From: Patescibacteria group bacterium
Lineage (GTDB): Bacteria > Patescibacteriota > Patescibacteriia > UBA9934 > GWF2-40-263
NCBI GenBank assembly: GCA_038065075.1
Contig: JBBTRQ010000011.1
Span: forward strand, 5,924-69,923
Direction of reading: 5' to 3'
Length of the DNA: 64,000 bases
The notes under the pieces were generated by a model, which worked only from the letters and a program-made list of their open reading frames with translations, was not told where the DNA came from and did no database searches. A program made the translations under genes and the position numbers. Shown here piece by piece: positions 9,583 to 17,030 of this stretch (its first letter is position 1; the number at the start of each line of letters is the position of its first letter).

Positions 9583-11238
9583 ATGAAACGACTTGCCTCA
9601 TCCCTCCTCTTGCTTGCACTTTTCCTGGGGAACGCCCCTGGAATCTCTGCCGCAACACTTACCCTGGTTGATTCAGGTCAACCGTTCTATCCATTGTCTG
9701 CCGTAACGTCGGAAGCCGTTTGGAATTATGGAACCCATGAGGTTGAGCGAACATCCATCGCGAAAGGCTTTGTTGGTCCGGTAAAATTCCAAGATGGCCT
9801 TCTTGTAAACGATGGGAGCCAGACGCTGTATCTGCGTGGTGGGCTCGCGTTTGAGTACCCAACGTTTATTGACCTCACCGACCCGGATTTTTATACAACG
9901 CCCATTGAAGAAAATGGATTGGCTGTGCTTGATCACTACGGTGAGGTTTTGAGTGGCGGAGCCTACATCGGCGCATTCACCTATGACTACGCGACTATGT
10001 ATGAAGGACTCCGCGGCGAAGAGTCGCAAGCCCAGTATGTCGAATCCGTTCGTGAGATCACAGATTCATTCGGGTCACTTGCGGGTGATTTCCTTCAGAC
10101 ATTTGTTGATCGACTTCTGGCCAACGCGGTACAGGATCAACTAAAGAATACAAACATTGTTTCAACGGACGTCGTCGCTTTCTCGCAAGAGGGCGAACAG
10201 CTCGTTGTCGTTGTACAGCTGACCTTCAAGGACGGTTCATCTCAGCTGTGGTACGCCGATGATGAAGACACACTCAAAGTGGTTACGGACTCTTGGATCG
10301 CCAAGGACGGCGACTTGCGTGGCGTACATGTGATGGAAAGCGGGTTGATCGCCTTTTTCCGGAATCACTACTATCGGATTTTCAATCCCAAGACCGGTCG
10401 TACAACAGATGAGTCTTCGGGTGGTCGTCTGAGTTGGACGGTTTCCGAACAAAAGAGCCTGCGTATTCAGGACGGCACAGCGGTATGGTTGGATCCTGAT
10501 GGAAGACTCCGATTCGCCGGTACAGGTTTTGTTGGCATCTGGGGAGAGGTTCATGAGAATGAGTTTGCCGTTGTGAACGATCGTCTCTACGCGCGTACCG
10601 AAGGTGCAAATCACGTCGTGGACCTTACCAATGGCACTACGACAAACAATGTCGACCTACTCGTCATGGATGAATTTGACGGGTTCCAAGTCGGTTTGAT
10701 CGGAGATCGCATCGTGTATCGCCATACAAAAACAGGAAAGGATTTGACCATTGGCTATGGCTCACGCCCCATGCTCTCCGGCGCGAATCACGTGTATTGG
10801 ACGGGCGCGGACGGGAAGTTCTATCACGCGACGATTCGTCCCAGCCTCGTAAAGACGTCACAGGTTCAGGCTTGGAAGCAGGCGGGAAGCCCGATTGTGT
10901 ATCTCGTAAAAGATGGTTGGCGTTATGCCATCCCAGATGAGACCACCTACTTCACCTGGTTTGATTCTTGGTCGCAGGTGAAGACGGTTGGGAATGAGAT
11001 CTACAGCGTTCCTATTGGTGGAGCGGCCTCCATGAATATCGGATCACTCGTGAAGTTGGTCGGAGATGATCGGGTCTATATGGTGACAGACTGGCGGCGA
11101 CTTCAGCACCTGGATAACGAAGCCGTGGTCATCAGTGATTACGGAAAAACCTGGGCCACGCAAGTCAAACAGATTGGTACAGCTCCGGCAAAGCACTATA
11201 CATTTGGTCAGCCGTTCAGTACGGTTGTACATGAATAA
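9583..11238 (+). CDS. Secreted hypothetical protein (paralog A of the 26595..28286 product)
   Basis: The track ORF 9574 starts with TTG. The first ATG at 9583 gives MKRLASSLLLLALFLGNAPGISAATL (signal peptide). The C-terminal region shares motifs with the 26595 protein (HVYWTGADGKFYHATI / HAYWQGADGNIYEVTF; TYFTWFDSW / VYFTWFDSW). Confidence 0.6.
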   Translation: MKRLASSLLLLALFLGNAPGISAATLTLVDSGQPFYPLSAVTSEAVWNYGTHEVERTSIAKGFVGPVKFQDGLLVNDGSQTLYLRGGLAFEYPTFIDLTDPDFYTTPIEENGLAVLDHYGEVLSGGAYIGAFTYDYATMYEGLRGEESQAQYVESVREITDSFGSLAGDFLQTFVDRLLANAVQDQLKNTNIVSTDVVAFSQEGEQLVVVVQLTFKDGSSQLWYADDEDTLKVVTDSWIAKDGDLRGVHVMESGLIAFFRNHYYRIFNPKTGRTTDESSGGRLSWTVSEQKSLRIQDGTAVWLDPDGRLRFAGTGFVGIWGEVHENEFAVVNDRLYARTEGANHVVDLTNGTTTNNVDLLVMDEFDGFQVGLIGDRIVYRHTKTGKDLTIGYGSRPMLSGANHVYWTGADGKFYHATIRPSLVKTSQVQAWKQAGSPIVYLVKDGWRYAIPDETTYFTWFDSWSQVKTVGNEIYSVPIGGAASMNIGSLVKLVGDDRVYMVTDWRRLQHLDNEAVVISDYGKTWATQVKQIGTAPAKHYTFGQPFSTVVHE

Positions 11239-11693
11239 CGTCGCTGAGATTCCATGAGGGAAACTTCGTGGAATCGATTGCGGCGTTCATCCCGAGCGCT
11301 CAGAGGGAGAAGCCAGATGCCTGCACTCCGAGAAGCACCCCAGAAGCTGAGGCGCGACTCGCGCCCACCTTCCCGCCAGGCGGTCTACTTGATCTACATC
11401 GCCCAGGACCGCGGACTCCTCGCCATGGACTACGGGGGCATCTCCTTCACCCTGCTGGACGAGCTCTACCGCGAGCACATCTACATCTGTGCCCCGGTCT
11501 CGCTTGGAGTCTATTAAGGCGCTTTCAAGCACCCTTCTACGTGCTCACCAACCCTGCTCCGGTCGCATCGAACTTTGGGCGGCTGATACATGCTGGCACA
11601 CGAAAACAGGGGTATCGGGGTTGAGTGTCTTACTGGCAATTTTCGGCTTATGTTCGCCTGTTTCCGGCGAGACAGATATCGTCACCCCTCGAA

Positions 11694-13238
11694 TTATTCG
11701 ACGCCGTATTTAGTATCCGTACCCTTATCAGACACTTTCAAAAAGAGATGGCGGTTAGCACTTACTCGAAACCTCAAATACAGTAGATGGGTCGATGTAC
11801 TGGGATCCGGCCCGCTGATCTCTAAAGTGGGGTGTTCAGCCTGAAGTATTTTTATGACTTCGTCGACTTTCTGACCAACGTCCGACGAGTTGTACAAACG
11901 TGAGTGGACACGCATGGCAAGTTCATTCATCCAGATATCCTCTTCAGAACGAAGCGTCTTTTTCTTTGGCTCAACGACATCCACTGCCTTCTGAAGGACA
12001 AGTATATGTTTTGATGCATCAAAACTATCTGGCGCATTCAGATAATCCTGAGCAGAATCGAGGAACGTTCCACTGAAGTGGAGCACATCTTCATATTCGG
12101 CGATATAAATGTTGTACTCTTCAAGCTTTGCCTTCTGCTCTTTGAGTGACAACTCTTTATCGATTCCTAGATCATCACAGAATGGAGCGAGAATCTCATC
12201 TTTAAATGATTTTTCGTGGCCGGATTTCGGCGCGTCAAAGATGACCCTAGTCTCCTTATCAAAGCTTCGCCACAATTTCCAGAATTGGTATGTCATGTTA
12301 TTTCCACCAGTGCTCACCATAAATACACGACGGCTCCAATCGACCCTATTATCGGTCTTCAGTTTGCCGAAAATAATCTCGTCTGACATTCCTTCAATGA
12401 AAAGTGTAACAGGCGCATAAAGGAACGCGCGCTTGTTTGCATCGAGAAACGGTCCAAGTTTCTCGATCAGAACATCGGCTCCGTTTTCGCTTGCTTGAAT
12501 GATATGTGTATCACGTAGGCGATCCTTCAGATTGAAGTACGAGTAGGTATAGGTATCGGGGTTTCCGACACGAATCATTTCGGGATTATGCGTTGCAAAC
12601 ACGAACTGTTTCCCATAACCTATTTCAGCGTGTATCTCCTCAAGAAGGAATGAAATCATGTCTGGATGGAGATAAAGTTCTGGTTCGTCCACTGCAAGAA
12701 AAAGACACTTTGGGTGGTAAACGTAGGTTAGAAGTAACGACAAACGCCGTAGTCCATCACTTTCGTGTTGAGGTGAATACGATGGGACTTCTTCGTCATT
12801 TTCACGCAGAAACCCCATTACATTTTTCACGCCTCGCTTTTGAAGATTTGGGTAACGACCAAGGTACTTTTGGAGGGCATCACGAATCTTAATTCTGATT
12901 TCTGGATAATCCTCGAGGTGCTGATAGAACGTCTGTCCCGTAACCTCTTCGCTGTCGAGATCCGACTGGCTTGCCGATTTGTCCAAAATTGACTGGCTCT
13001 CCTGATACAGATCGTGTTGTGGCGACGCGGTGATGTACTGTGCAAAATAACCATCACGATTTCGACCGCTATTTGTAATTACTTGCTTCGCCTGTTTGGT
13101 CACGGTTCTAAGAACCAAACTTTTCCCAGAACCATTCGGTCCAAAAAAATAATTGATAGCCTTAAACGTCAGTTTTTTGTCTTGGTGCAAACCATGTGGT
13201 AGGCCGCTCACCTGCGCCTCTTTGAGAAGAAGTTCCAT
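11694..13238 (-). CDS. OLD-family / PARIS(AriAB)-like ABC-type ATPase fused to a Toprim-like nuclease domain (anti-phage defence nuclease)
   Basis: 514 aa. Walker A FGPNGSGKS, Walker B/D-loop LFLAVDEPELYLHPD, H-loop FVFATHNPEMI (AAA_21/ABC-like ATPase). The C-terminal FIEGMSDEIIFGKL...VFMVSTGG...VIFDAP resembles the Toprim E-G...D motifs of OLD nucleases and DUF4435. Confidence 0.6.
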   Translation of the reverse strand: MELLLKEAQVSGLPHGLHQDKKLTFKAINYFFGPNGSGKSLVLRTVTKQAKQVITNSGRNRDGYFAQYITASPQHDLYQESQSILDKSASQSDLDSEEVTGQTFYQHLEDYPEIRIKIRDALQKYLGRYPNLQKRGVKNVMGFLRENDEEVPSYSPQHESDGLRRLSLLLTYVYHPKCLFLAVDEPELYLHPDMISFLLEEIHAEIGYGKQFVFATHNPEMIRVGNPDTYTYSYFNLKDRLRDTHIIQASENGADVLIEKLGPFLDANKRAFLYAPVTLFIEGMSDEIIFGKLKTDNRVDWSRRVFMVSTGGNNMTYQFWKLWRSFDKETRVIFDAPKSGHEKSFKDEILAPFCDDLGIDKELSLKEQKAKLEEYNIYIAEYEDVLHFSGTFLDSAQDYLNAPDSFDASKHILVLQKAVDVVEPKKKTLRSEEDIWMNELAMRVHSRLYNSSDVGQKVDEVIKILQAEHPTLEISGPDPSTSTHLLYLRFRVSANRHLFLKVSDKGTDTKYGVE

Positions 13239-13286
13239 ATCTGTAGTGCAGACTATATCATGCCGTTACAATTCAGAGCTGTAAAC

Positions 13287-13889
13287 TTAGAAAGAATATG
13301 AAATCACTCCACGGACGACGCCTTCGATCCTAAAATCTTTATCGGCAACGAACGGATCGTATTTCTTGTTTTCAGAGATCAGGATGATGGCGTTATCGGA
13401 TTTTTGAATCCGTTTGATTAACGCTTCACCTCGATTTACGCACACGACGATCTCGCCGTTCTGCGCGTCATCTGACTTTTTCACCAGAACGAGATCTTTA
13501 TTATGAATTTTCGGCGTCATCGAATCTCCAGAAGCTCTTACCAGGAATGCACCCCCCGCCGGGAAGCCGAGAATCTTTGTTGAGATCGGGACTTGCTCGA
13601 TAGGGTCGCCGTCGAGGACTGAACCGTTCGGTCCACATTTGGCAAACCCGTAAAGATTCAGGTAGGCCACCTTTGCGTCGCCTGTGCCGGAAACGACCTG
13701 GTAATCCCTAGGGTTAGAAGGATTGCGACGCAGACGCCCCTTTTCTTCGAGCTGACGGATGTGGTGGAGAACTACACTCGGAGAAGAGACTCCGAGCTCC
13801 TCCTGAAGATCACGGATGGAGAGTTGCTCGTGCCGATGCCTTTCCAAGAGAACAAGTAGCTTCGCTTGGGTGGGATGGAGCTCCTGCAT
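13287..13889 (-). CDS. LexA / phage-CI-like repressor (wHTH + S24 peptidase)
   Basis: 200 aa. N-terminal wHTH (LSIRDLQEELGVSSPSVVLHHIRQLEEKGRL). S24 catalytic Ser in ASGDSMTP and Lys in EALIKRI, plus the self-cleavage region. Confidence 0.85.
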   Translation of the reverse strand: MQELHPTQAKLLVLLERHRHEQLSIRDLQEELGVSSPSVVLHHIRQLEEKGRLRRNPSNPRDYQVVSGTGDAKVAYLNLYGFAKCGPNGSVLDGDPIEQVPISTKILGFPAGGAFLVRASGDSMTPKIHNKDLVLVKKSDDAQNGEIVVCVNRGEALIKRIQKSDNAIILISENKKYDPFVADKDFRIEGVVRGVISYSF

Positions 13890-14005
13890 ATGTGGACAAC
13901 TATACGCTGTGGATAACTTTCAGTCAAGAACATCCTTGTATTGTTCTACGATTTGTTCTACTCTCGGAATATGCTCGCCGAAACAGTTGATGGTTCTCGT
14001 CCCGC
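13890..14005. promoter_or_regulatory. Divergent control region between the repressor gene and the + strand module; candidate operator direct repeat TTGTTCTAC x2
   Basis: tattGTTCTACgattTGTTCTACtc at ~13935-13960. CACGTG...CGTGTCACATG quasi-palindrome at ~14023-14048. Confidence 0.3.
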
Positions 14006-14419
14006 ATGCACAGCCGATTAATGGCCACGTGCTTAATTACGTGTCACATGAACGTTGGGACACTCATGCTGGCGCATAACACCAATTCGTCCCATGCATA
14101 TATGGTTCAACCCTATAACGGCCATCATCCCTACACGCAGGTGTGTGTCGGAGGATGGCAATACGCCCTGACCGGCGTGTATTACTGCGGCTACCTCGGA
14201 GCTGACGGACGGCTTCAACCGCTCTACATCGGCCGCGCAATTGGCGACGGCGGAATCCGTGGCCGTCTGCTCGATCATCTCCGAGATGATGTGTGGCCTG
14301 GTGTGACACATTTCGGATTCGCGGTTTGTGCCACTGCGCAAGAAGCTATCACTCATGAAGCGGCGGAGATTCGGCGCTTTCAGCCACGTTTTAACACACA
14401 AGGAAAATCCTATGGCTAA
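14006..14419 (+). CDS. Small GIY-YIG nuclease-domain protein (start uncertain; possibly M33 at 14102)
   Basis: GVYYCGYLGADGRLQPLYIGRAIGDGGIRGRLLDHL...THEAAEIRRFQPRFN fits GIY-(x10)-YIG...R...H...E...N. Its stop overlaps the next start (ATGGCTAA). Confidence 0.5.
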   Translation: MHSRLMATCLITCHMNVGTLMLAHNTNSSHAYMVQPYNGHHPYTQVCVGGWQYALTGVYYCGYLGADGRLQPLYIGRAIGDGGIRGRLLDHLRDDVWPGVTHFGFAVCATAQEAITHEAAEIRRFQPRFNTQGKSYG

Positions 14420-14636
14420 CCAACATGTTCTGAAACGCGAAGACGGCTGGGGTGTACGCCGCGAAAAAGCTTCCCGCGACACCGTCATCGTCCCCACGCA
14501 GAAGGCAGCAGAAAAGATCGCAAAGGAAATCGCCACGAATCAGGGAGGAGATGTCTTTATTCATCGGCAGACGGGCAGCCAATGGCGCGAACGCAACACC
14601 TATGGAAAAATCGACCACAATCCCCCGAGGGGATGA
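14412..14636 (+). CDS. DUF2188-family small protein
   Basis: MANQHVLKREDGWGVRREKASRDTVIVPTQKAAEKIAKEIATNQGGDVFIHRQTGSQWRERNTYGKIDHNPPRG matches the DUF2188 pattern (GW.V.....A......K.eAi..A...A...g.e..IH...G.i....syg.DP.PP.G). AGGAAA Shine-Dalgarno 5 nt upstream of the ATG. Confidence 0.6.
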   Translation: MANQHVLKREDGWGVRREKASRDTVIVPTQKAAEKIAKEIATNQGGDVFIHRQTGSQWRERNTYGKIDHNPPRG

Positions 14637-14994
14637 TGCTTCGACAGGCGTTCAGATTCAGGAATCTGAGACGGAGGTGGCGGTGATCATCACGAACCTC
14701 CACCTCCACACGACCGTGCTGCGCAAGCCCAAGACCTTCGCGGAAGGCGTCCGACGTTCCCTTACAAGCGGGAAGGCCGGCCGCGTTCACCAGTCGGACG
14801 GGTTCGAAATCGCTCCAGACGGACAAACGTTCAAGTTCACGATTCCAATCGAAGGGATGGACAGGGTGGTCGCCGATGCCGCCGCCAAAGGCCAACGCGT
14901 CCGCTTCTACATTCCGAGGGATGGCCTGCCTCTCTACATAGGCAAGGATCTTATCCAGCGCACCGAGGCTCTGAAACGCCAGGACAAGGTGTGA
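14602..14994 (+). CDS. Hypothetical protein (start uncertain; alternative GTG at ~14683 with a GGAGG 6 nt upstream)
   Basis: ORF in the same orientation as its neighbours, ...VIITNLHLHTTVLRKPKTFAEGVRRSLTSGKAGRVHQSDGFEIAPDGQTFKFTIPIEGMDRVVADAAAKGQRVRFYIPRDGLPLYIGKDLIQRTEALKRQDKV. No recognisable domain. Confidence 0.3.
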   Translation: MEKSTTIPRGDDASTGVQIQESETEVAVIITNLHLHTTVLRKPKTFAEGVRRSLTSGKAGRVHQSDGFEIAPDGQTFKFTIPIEGMDRVVADAAAKGQRVRFYIPRDGLPLYIGKDLIQRTEALKRQDKV

Positions 14995-15050
14995 TGTAAT
15001 ACCAGTAGATCGTTCCAACTTCACGTCTACAACGTGGTGTATCACTAATT

Positions 15051-15180
15051 CCGGCTCCGGCCGGTAGGAGGCGCGGTAACGCGCCGAAGAGGCATCGCCT
15101 CGGTCGTGCCCGCTCTGTAGAGCTAGTTCGAAAGTCTATTTGGATTTTTCGTGCTCGCTCTACGGAGCGGGCACTTTTTG
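15051..15180 (+). promoter_or_regulatory. Cluster of four consecutive GC hairpins ending in an 18-bp stem / 33-nt loop hairpin plus T-run (terminator, structured leader, ncRNA or pac/ori candidate)
   Basis: CCGGC-tccg-GCCGG (15051-64). GCGCG-gtaa-CGCGC (15071-84). GAGG-catcg-CCTC. GTGCCCGCTCTGTAGAGC (15106-23) ... GCTCTACGGAGCGGGCAC (15157-74) with one G.U pair, then TTTTT. Confidence 0.45.
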
Positions 15181-15214
15181 TTCCCTCACTAACTTATTCA
15201 TCACATTCAGTCAT

Positions 15215-16597
15215 ATGGCCAAACACAACCTTACTCAACACGACGGCACCAAAATTGCCGTTCAGTACGTCCCGCTCGCTTCCCTGAAGCTCGCGGAATA
15301 CAACCCGCGTCGCCATGACGCGGAGCAAGCCGCCAAGCTCAAGGACGGCATCAAAAAGTTCGGGCTGGTCGACCCGATCATCGTGAACGCGGCTCCCGAA
15401 CGCGAGAACATCATCATCGGTGGTCACTTCCGAGCGGAGATCGCAAAGGAGCTTGGCATGACCGAGGTTCCGGTCGTCTTCGTGAACATACCCGACATTG
15501 GGCGCGAGAAGGAATTGAACCTTCGCCTTAATCGCAACACGGGCGAATTCGACCTGGAACTCCTGGCCGAGTTCGACGAGTCCCTACTCACAGACATCGG
15601 CTTCACAACGAACGAGCTCGACCAAATCTTCGAGGCCGAGGAGACGCCCGAGATGTTCGACCTCAATAAGGAGCTGGCCAAACTCGATATCAAACAGATC
15701 GAGATCCAGAAGGGCGACGTATGGCAACTCGGCGAGAGTCAGCTTATGTGCGGGGATTCAACAGTTGAGGTGGACATGTTCACACTCATGGGTGGCGAAC
15801 GAGCGGACATGTGCTTCACCGATCCTCCATACATCCTCGACTATCTCCATGGGAAGAGAAAGGAGGGTCAAGCTGTCACCGGCTTCGGGGCGAAGCGCAA
15901 TCGCCGCTATCTTGAGACCGATGTTCTGCCGCCCGACTTTACGGAAAAATGGATGGGCAGCGTGGTCAAGGTGGCCGCGTCCAACTTCTCGATCATCGTG
16001 TACGAGAATTGGAAGAATATCCGTACGATCTGGGGCGAGATGGAGAAGTATTGGAAGGTAAAAAACATGATCGTTTGGCATCTCGAGAACCGCCACCAAG
16101 GGTTCTCATCCAAGTACAAATTTTTCAACAAGCACGATATCGCCGTGGTCGGCGCGGGCGGTGACGTGCCGTATAACTTCGATCCCGAAGAGGCACCGCT
16201 CCAGGAGGAATACGAGACAGCGCTTTATGCCATCTCCGGAAAGCCACAATGGGAGCCGTACCAAAAGGGCAAGAAAAACTGTCCGACGGACTTTATCGAG
16301 TTCCGTGCGTCCGATGAGAAGCATTCCGGCCAGGGTGTCATCTTTGGCACCAAGCCGACGGAAATTCTCATCCCGTACATCAAGGTGCTCACGAAACGCA
16401 ATGATATCATCCTTGAACCCTTCGGTGGATCCGGTTCGACGTTGATCGCCGCGACGAAGATGAGTCGCCGATGCCGAATCATGGAAAAGTCGCCGGTGTA
16501 CGCGGAAGTGATTCGCAAGCGTTGGGAAAAACTCACAGGGCAGAAAGCAGTCCGTATTTCGTGCGGCATCTATGGAAAATCCAACCCTACATCCTAA
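15215..16597 (+). CDS. ParB-like nuclease N-terminal domain fused to a DNA (N6-adenine/N4-cytosine) methyltransferase
   Basis: First ATG gives MAKHNLTQHDGTKIAVQYVPLASLKLAEYNPRRHD... (ParB-N/ParB-like nuclease). Motif IV FTDPPY precedes motif I ILEPFGGSGSTLIAA (beta-class amino-MTase order). The track ORF 15140 has an N-terminal extension across the hairpin and is rejected. Confidence 0.8.
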   Translation: MAKHNLTQHDGTKIAVQYVPLASLKLAEYNPRRHDAEQAAKLKDGIKKFGLVDPIIVNAAPERENIIIGGHFRAEIAKELGMTEVPVVFVNIPDIGREKELNLRLNRNTGEFDLELLAEFDESLLTDIGFTTNELDQIFEAEETPEMFDLNKELAKLDIKQIEIQKGDVWQLGESQLMCGDSTVEVDMFTLMGGERADMCFTDPPYILDYLHGKRKEGQAVTGFGAKRNRRYLETDVLPPDFTEKWMGSVVKVAASNFSIIVYENWKNIRTIWGEMEKYWKVKNMIVWHLENRHQGFSSKYKFFNKHDIAVVGAGGDVPYNFDPEEAPLQEEYETALYAISGKPQWEPYQKGKKNCPTDFIEFRASDEKHSGQGVIFGTKPTEILIPYIKVLTKRNDIILEPFGGSGSTLIAATKMSRRCRIMEKSPVYAEVIRKRWEKLTGQKAVRISCGIYGKSNPTS

Positions 16598-17030
16598 CGC
16601 TCGGCGCACACAGGCAAAGCGGGACGCGGAGAAAGTTCGGCTTGTCGAGGCATTTAGGAAAACGCCCATCGTTCAACTCGCTTGCCAGTCGGCCGGTGTC
16701 CAGAGTCGATCGAGCTATTACCGGTGGCGCAAGGAGGATCCCGAATTCGCCAAGGCCTGTGACGACGCGATTGGCGAGGGTGTTGAACTTGTCTCGGATC
16801 TTGCAGAATCCAAACTTATCCAAGCCATCAAGGAGCAGAACTACTCCGCGATTAGTTTCTGGCTGCGCCATCGGCACCCCGCCTACGCTGACAAACTTAA
16901 CATTCAAGCCAAGGTAGAAGTCGATAAGCCATTAACTTCGGAGCAAGAGGCGGTGATCCGTCGCGCCATCGAGCTTGCCAGGCTCCCACCACCTTATGAC
17001 CAATCCAAACCTTCTACCCCTGCCGAATGA
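16572..17030 (+). CDS. Putative phage terminase small subunit (HTH DNA-binding)
   Basis: 152 aa. N-terminal HTH with SRSSYYRWRKEDPEFAKACDDA, typical of TerS. It lies immediately upstream of and overlaps the TerL gene. Confidence 0.55.
   Translation: MENPTLHPNARRTQAKRDAEKVRLVEAFRKTPIVQLACQSAGVQSRSSYYRWRKEDPEFAKACDDAIGEGVELVSDLAESKLIQAIKEQNYSAISFWLRHRHPAYADKLNIQAKVEVDKPLTSEQEAVIRRAIELARLPPPYDQSKPSTPAE

Noticed and set aside
14557-15045. Minus-strand ORF 14557..15045 (162 aa)
   Set aside because: It lies antisense to a co-directional block of plus-strand genes in relatively GC-rich DNA, where long spurious ORFs are expected. No domain signal.
15140-15214. N-terminal 25-codon extension of the ParB-MTase ORF as listed in the track
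   Set aside because: The extension runs through the 18-bp-stem hairpin/T-run. The ParB-like domain begins right after the internal ATG at 15215.
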